DNA of 11,711 nucleotides from Octopus sinensis (Eukaryota): positions 1 to 11,711 of the forward strand of contig NW_021827083.1 in the NCBI RefSeq assembly GCF_006345805.1, given 5' to 3'. The position numbers and the translations under genes are program-made. The notes beneath the pieces were generated by a model. That model had not been told where the DNA came from. It searched no databases and worked only from the letters and a program-made list of their open reading frames with translations. This document shows positions 6,826 through 11,711 of the stretch, piece after piece (the stretch's first letter is position 1; the number at the start of each line of letters is the position of its first letter).

Positions 6826-7252
6826 AGGCGTAGGAGTGGCTGTATGGTAAGTAACTTGCTTACGAACCACACGGTTTCGAGTTCAGTCCCACTGTTTGGT
6901 ACCTTGGGCAAGTGTCTTCTACTATAGCATCGGGCCGACCAAAGCCTTGTGAGTGGATTTGGTAGACGGAAACTGAAAGAAGCCCGTCGTATATATGCAT
7001 ATATATGTATATATATGTATGTGTGTGTATATGTTTGCGTGTCTGTGTTTGTCTCCCCAGCATCGCTTGACAACCGATGCTGGTGTGTTTACGTCCCCGT
7101 AACTTAGCGGTTCAGTATAAGACACCGATAGAATAAGTACTAGGCTTACAAAGAATAAGTCCTGGGGTTGATTTGCTCAACGAAAGGCGGTGCTCCAGCA
7201 TGGCCACAGTCAAATGACTGAAACAAGTAAAAGAGTAAAAGAGTAAAAGAGT
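6826..7252 (+). mobile_element. Full-length CORE-type tRNA SINE
   Basis: aggcgtaggagtggctgtatggtaag (A-box region), gagttcagtccc (B box), CORE-like block, internal microsatellite (~6990-7045), tail ggcggtgctccagcatggccacagtcaaatgactgaaac plus (AGTAAAAG)x3 at 7226-7249. Confidence 0.93.
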
Positions 7253-7660
7253 ATTGTTAACCCTGTTGATTTTGTTATTGTTGTTGTTGTTGATGTTGTG
7301 GTATCGGACTGGTTGACTGGTGTGTGACTCTAGAGTTTTGCTGATCTTTATTTTTGTTTTTTTTTTGGTTTGGTAGTAAAAGGAATGGTCGTTAACCATT
7401 TTCTCTGTCTTCTCCCTCGAGGTCACGTCTTAACATGATCCTATCATCCGATCTTTCTTTGTCATATGACGAAAAAATCCAAAGGATTAAGACAAAAAGT
7501 TGGTTGGCATATCTGCGTATGTATGTGTGTTTGTGCGTGTGTTTGCGCGTGTATGTTTGTGTGTGCGCGTTTATTTTGTATGTGTGTATGTGTGTGTCTG
7601 CGAGACATTTCTGTTGGTGCTTCTTTCCGAAGATAGCAATCTTCTGTTAAAGCTGTCATT

Positions 7661-7759
7661 CCCGAAAGGATGAAAGGCAAAGTCGACTATGGCTGAGTTT
7701 AAACTTAGAACGTAAACTCGGACGAAATGCCACCAACGGCTCTGTTAGCTTGCCGCCTT
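7661..7759 (-). mobile_element. Family-1 SINE head fragment
   Basis: cccgaaaggatgaaaggcaaagtcgac...agaacgtaaac...gccgcctt is homologous to 790-909, with an internal deletion. Confidence 0.8.
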
Positions 7760-7768
7760 TGGCGTGTT

Positions 7769-7989
7769 AATAATCCTTTCTACTATAGGCACAAGGCCTG
7801 GAATTTAATGGGTAGAGTGAAAGTCGATTACATAGTTCCCAGTATATCACTGATATTTATTTTATCGACCCCGAAAAGATGAAAGACATCGTTGACCCCG
7901 GCGGAAATTGAGCTTAGAATGTAAAGACTGACGAAATGCTGCTAAGCATTTTGTCCGCCATACTAAGAGTTCTGGTAGCTCCCTGCCTT
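7769..7989 (-). mobile_element. Near full-length, diverged family-1 SINE
   Basis: taataatcctttctactataggcacaaggcctg...atcgaccccgaaaagatgaaag...ggcggaaattgagcttagaatgtaaagactgacgaaatgctgctaagcatttt...gctccctgcctt, homologous to 745-909. Confidence 0.85.
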
Positions 7990-8075
7990 CCGATTAAGGC
8001 ATAAAGTCATCGATTTTAATGGGAGGAAATTATTTGGTAATCACTGACCCCAATATTTGAGTGCACTTTATCGAT

Positions 8076-8205
8076 TCCCAAATTTTGGTACGAAGCCAAC
8101 GAGAAATGAAATGTTTTTCACATGAACACAACGCATCACCCGGACTGGAAATCGAAACTACCATCTTGCGATCATGAGAGTGCAACATCCTAACCACTTG
8201 GCCAC
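8076..8205 (-). mobile_element. Diverged tRNA-SINE, head related to family 3
   Basis: Reverse complement gtggccaagtggttaggatgttgcactctcatgatcgcaagatggtagtttcgatttccagtccggg has A and B boxes and resembles the heads at 10465 and 10639. Confidence 0.75.
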
Positions 8206-8539
8206 AGCAATGTGCAGAAAGACTTTAATACTGTTGAATTACAACCGTCAAGAGTGTGTAATATGTTACCGGAATTTACAAATTTTCATGGCGATGAAAC
8301 ATGCGTCTAACAAATTAAATATTAACGCAAACCAATTAGTGAACGACAAGCGAAAAAACAATTAGAAACAAACGACTCACGACTGTCAGAAACAGAACTG
8401 TTTCTAATTAAAGATGTACAAAAACCCTCCAAAAACAAAACAAAAAATCAGAACAAAACTAAAAGAACCCTACCATGAACTATACATGTCACAGTAAACA
8501 ACTCAATTCCTGCCACATTCACTTAGCCATGTAGCGATA

Positions 8540-8989
8540 AATACATGTATGCATATGTATATATATATACGCACATAAACACACACACATATATATATAT
8601 GCTTATATATAAATATATGTATACACATATATATTCACATATATAAATATATGTATTAGTGTATATACACATGCATTTATATGTATATATATTCATATAT
8701 ATATAACACATACATATATATGTGTCTATATATATATATTAATATATAAATATATATATTAGCATATATATATATACATATGTATATGTATATATATATG
8801 TATATGTCAACGTATATATATTAGTATATATATATATATACATACACATATATGTAAATATAATATATATATATACATACATATGTATATATACATACAT
8901 GCATACATATACATATATACATATATGCATATTTGTATGAATCTATATTTATACAAATATGATATATGTATATATTTGTATTTGTACAT

Positions 8990-9022
<33 letters not shown>

Positions 9023-9073
9023 CATACAACATATGTTATATATGCATATGTATATGTATATAAATATATATGC

Positions 9074-9122
<49 letters not shown>

Positions 9123-9135
9123 CTAGTATATACAG
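8540..9135. repeat. Degenerate (TA)/(TACA)/(CA) compound microsatellite
   Basis: Direct inspection; source of the Y/I/C-rich pseudo-ORFs. Confidence 0.95.
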
Positions 9136-9562
9136 ATATGGTAGAAATACAGAAAGGTGCAAAATTGAAAATAACAAATAAACAGAAGCATGGATTATGA
9201 AGGGTTATAAGTAAAAACAAACAAATAATATTTGAAATATATAAATGAAGAATATAAAAAAAAAACATCGGTTAAATGTCAATAAATGTATCAATCGAGA
9301 TTTGAAAATGCGGTCAGTGGTTTCACCTCATCGGAAACGTTTTACAGATGACTTATCAAATGGTATAAAAATCGGGACAGAGGAATTTCAAAACTAATTC
9401 TTCAGAATCAAAATAAATAAATGAATAAATAGTAAAATAGAAATACAAAAATACCAAAAAAAATATAGGGGGGAAACAAAATGGGGAATAAAAATCAAGA
9501 TGAAATCATATTTTGAAAAATAGAAAATAGAAATAGAAAATAATCCTAATAAAACGATAAAC

Positions 9563-9680
9563 ATAATAAAAATAATAAATAGGATAAATATAATAAAAAT
9601 AATAAATAGGATAAATATAATAAAAATAATAAAATAGAATAAATATAATAAAAATATTAAATAGAATAAATATAAAATAT
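9563..9680. repeat. 27-bp AT-rich minisatellite, about 4 units
   Basis: aataaataggataaatataataaaaat is identical at 9574-9600 and 9601-9627, followed by two diverged units; it lies in A-rich low-complexity sequence (~9400-9830). Confidence 0.9.
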
Positions 9681-9976
9681 AAGAAACAGAAATAAAAATG
9701 AAAAATAAAAATAAAATAATCAAATAATAAAATATGGTAAATATGACTAAAATATGAAAAATGTATGAAGATAAAAAATATTAAATGGAAGAATGAAAAT
9801 AAGAAGAATAAGTAAAAGAAAGAGGAAAACGATGTGGTTATCGAATACTCTAATTCGATAGAGAAAGGGTGAGATACAAAACGAAAAATGAAAATACCGA
9901 TTGACACTGTTGTGGAAATAAAATTATACAAGGTACATCTGGTTGTAACATATATGGCACATAAATCGTGGCTTCT

Positions 9977-10363
9977 ATACTCTCTTTTTACTCTTTTACT
10001 TGTTTCAGTCATTTGACTGCGGCCATGCTGGAGCACCGCCTTTAATCGAGCAAATCGACCCCGGGACTTATTCTTTTTGTAAGCCCAGTACTTATTCTAT
10101 CGGTCTCTTTTGCCGAACCGCTAAGTAACGGGGACATGAACACACCAGCATCGGTTGTCAAGCAATGCTAGGGGGACAAACACAGACACACAAACACACA
10201 CACGCATATATATATATATATATATACGACGGGCTTCTTTCAGTTTCCATCTACCAAATCCACTCACAAGGCATTGGTAGGCCCGAGGCTATAGTAGAAG
10301 ACACTTGCCCAAGGTGCCACGCAGTGGGACTGAACCCGGAACCATGTGGTTGGTAAACAAGCT
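9977..10363 (-). mobile_element. Young CORE-type tRNA SINE, 5' end truncated
   Basis: About 91% identical to the 6826 copy over the ~135-nt B-box/CORE block (manual count). Tail and terminal repeats are intact; it stops at ...caagct, before the A-box region. Confidence 0.93.
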
Positions 10364-10464
10364 CACTTGTGCTGACGTATCTCAACGAAACCGGCTGTAA
10401 AATGAGTGATTTTTTTGAGTTGCAAACAAATTAAAACAAAAAAGGGCATTGCAAAAGAACAAGG

Positions 10465-11066
10465 GGAGGAGCAATGGCCCAGTGGTTAGGGCAGCGGACT
10501 CGCAGTCGGAGGATCGCGGTTTCGATTCCCAGACCGGGCGTTGTGTGTGTTTATTGAGCGAAAACACCTAAAGCTCCACGATGCTCCGGCAGGGAGTGGT
10601 GGCGACCCCTGTTGTACTCTTTCGCTCCAACATCAAGTGGAGGCGCAATGGCCCAGTGGTTAGGGCAGTGGACTCGCAGTCGGAGGATCGAGGTTTCGAT
10701 TCCCAGACCGGGAGTCGTGTGTGTTTATTGAGCGAAAACACTCAGAGCTCCACGCGGCTCCGGCAGGGAGAGGTGGTGACCCCTATTGTACTCTTTCGCC
10801 CCCAACTTTCTCTCACTCTTTCTTCCTGTTTCTTGAGTAACGCTTGCAGATGAGTTGGAAGTTACTAAAAGTACGGCTCATGAACACCCAATGAAGCTAG
10901 GATACATTTCTCGCTCTAATATATGGATCTCTCACAAACTCTCAGAAAAGAATTGCTTGGACCGGTATTCCATTTGTGATATGCTTTTGAAACGGAATGA
11001 AAGCACGCCACAGAAACCGGGAAACCGGGCCCATGAGCCCGGCTAGGCTTGAAAAGGGCGCATAAA
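10465..11066 (+). mobile_element. Composite family-3 tRNA SINE: tandem-duplicated head (10465-10631, 10639-), captured mariner fragment (10843-11002), tail, 12-bp TSD
   Basis: Two heads with A box tggcccagtgg and B box ggtttcgattccc, 174-bp period, ~91% identical. Tail ...aaaccgggcccatgagcccggctaggcttgaaaagggcgcat plus A run. aaaagaacaagg occurs at 10453-10464 and 11067-11078. Confidence 0.85.
10843..11002 (+). pseudogene. Mariner transposase fragment (second HTH through the WVPHEL-equivalent linker)
   Basis: LADELEVTKSTAHEHPMKLGYISRSNIWISHKLSEKNCLDRYSICDMLLKRNE matches the mariner pattern 'LAxxLxVSxSTIxxHLxKLGYxxRxxxWVPHxLxExNxxxRxxICxxLLxRNE'. Confidence 0.88.
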
Positions 11067-11325
11067 AAAAGAACAAGGAATGACGGAAGAAAAAAAAGAT
11101 GCAATTCTTCAGGTTTTTAAGAAACACACAAGAAGTGTATAATAAAATAGAGGATAACCGTGAGTGTGGGATTAAGAAATCCCTTTCATATTCACGTGGT
11201 TCCGTGTTAATTTGTGAACCCCTTTCTGCAGAAACTCGGTTGAATAAATGTCTCCCCCCTACCATAGTTCTTTTTCGTGTTGATTAATGACTGATGAGCA
11301 AAATTTGATACGCAGAAATTGCAGA

Positions 11326-11359
11326 ACACACACAACACACACACACACACACACACCAC
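11326..11359. repeat. (CA)n microsatellite
   Basis: Direct inspection. Confidence 0.95.
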
Positions 11360-11360
11360 A

Positions 11361-11711
11361 TTATTTTGTCGGGAAAGTTCTGAGCCCTTTTATGCTAAAT
11401 ATTTTAACGCTTCATTGAACATACATGAAACGAACACAGTTAAAACTTTGGCGTTGCTTCAAGTGGTAGTGCATCTCTTTGTTCCTGATTAAAAATAGAT
11501 TTATCTTCCATTCCGGTTACCCTTTATTGACATTTGAAATGGATAACCATTTGAAATGGAGAACTTGCAGAGGAGTTGGACATTTCTAAAAGTACGGCTC
11601 ATGAGCACCTAGTGAAGCTAGGATACATTTCTCGCTATAATGTATGGGTCTCTCACAAAGTCTCAGAAAAGAATTGTTTGGACCAGTATTCCATTTGTGA
11701 TATGTTTTGTG
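11361..11711 (+). mobile_element. Internally deleted mariner element, left part; runs off the right edge
   Basis: 11561-11711 reads ELAEELDISKSTAHEHLVKLGYISRYNVWVSHKVSEKNCLDQYSICDMF. Possible left TIR near 11361-11390 (ttgtcgggaaagttctgagcc; low confidence, from recall). The 13-nt duplication catttgaaatgga (11531-11543, 11548-11560) lies just before the coding fragment. Confidence 0.75.

Noticed and set aside
6846-6852. GGTAAGT donor-like motif, also at ~6774-6780 on the minus strand
   Set aside because: Intrinsic to the SINE head, so not evidence for an exon.
6822-7426. ORFs here and at 10165-10356 and 10581-10853
   Set aside because: They lie within SINE copies; similarity between them reflects the repeat, not a protein family.
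8215-8310. 30-codon frame ending ...GDETCV* (resembles a PDZ-binding motif)
   Set aside because: The acceptor lacks a pyrimidine tract and abuts a SINE end; an ORF of this length is expected by chance.
8388-8405. Perfect 8-bp hairpin agaaacag-aa-ctgtttct (similarly tatcgaat/attcgata at 9839-9860 and gcttca/tgaagc at 2393-2405)
   Set aside because: Short AT-rich inverted repeats are expected at this frequency; no supporting context.
8523-10036. Longest ORFs in the track (153, 118, 109, 176 aa)
   Set aside because: Low-complexity Y/I/F-rich translations of microsatellite and A-rich sequence; the 176-aa ORF starts inside a SINE tail.
11291-11317. Second CTGATGA...GAAA motif
   Set aside because: An extra base separates the G-C pair from GAAA, stem II is minimal, and I found no convincing stems I or III.
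1-11711. Prokaryotic features (operons, CRISPR arrays, defence systems), rRNA, intact tRNA
   Set aside because: None seen: no regular repeat-spacer array, and the tRNA-like A/B boxes belong to SINE heads.

Overview
AT-rich eukaryotic non-coding DNA, most likely from an octopus or other coleoid cephalopod. That taxon call rests on my recollection of the SINE families plus the extreme microsatellite load; no database search was run. There is no intact protein-coding gene, operon or CRISPR array, and nearly all long ORFs in the track are translations of microsatellites or SINEs. The window is a mosaic of decayed elements: an R4/Dong-like LINE remnant (1-721), the 3' end of a second LINE (1235-1640), about ten tRNA-derived SINE copies from three families (five are CORE-type), a Tc1/mariner-type MITE with a nested SINE (4914-5532), two mariner transposase fragments (10843-11002, 11561-11711), a ~555-bp tandem duplication (2241-3353) and many simple repeats. 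Best leads: (1) a degenerate minimal type I hammerhead ribozyme at 5702-5751; (2) a TSD-flanked SINE with a duplicated head and a captured mariner fragment (10465-11066); (3) a LINE 3' end sharing a motif and a compensated stem-loop with the CORE-SINE tails; (4) a head-to-head inverted SINE pair 25 bp apart; (5) candidate host-gene micro-exons and a CpG-rich island with divergent consensus splice donors. None is demonstrated to be a new system; all are testable hypotheses.
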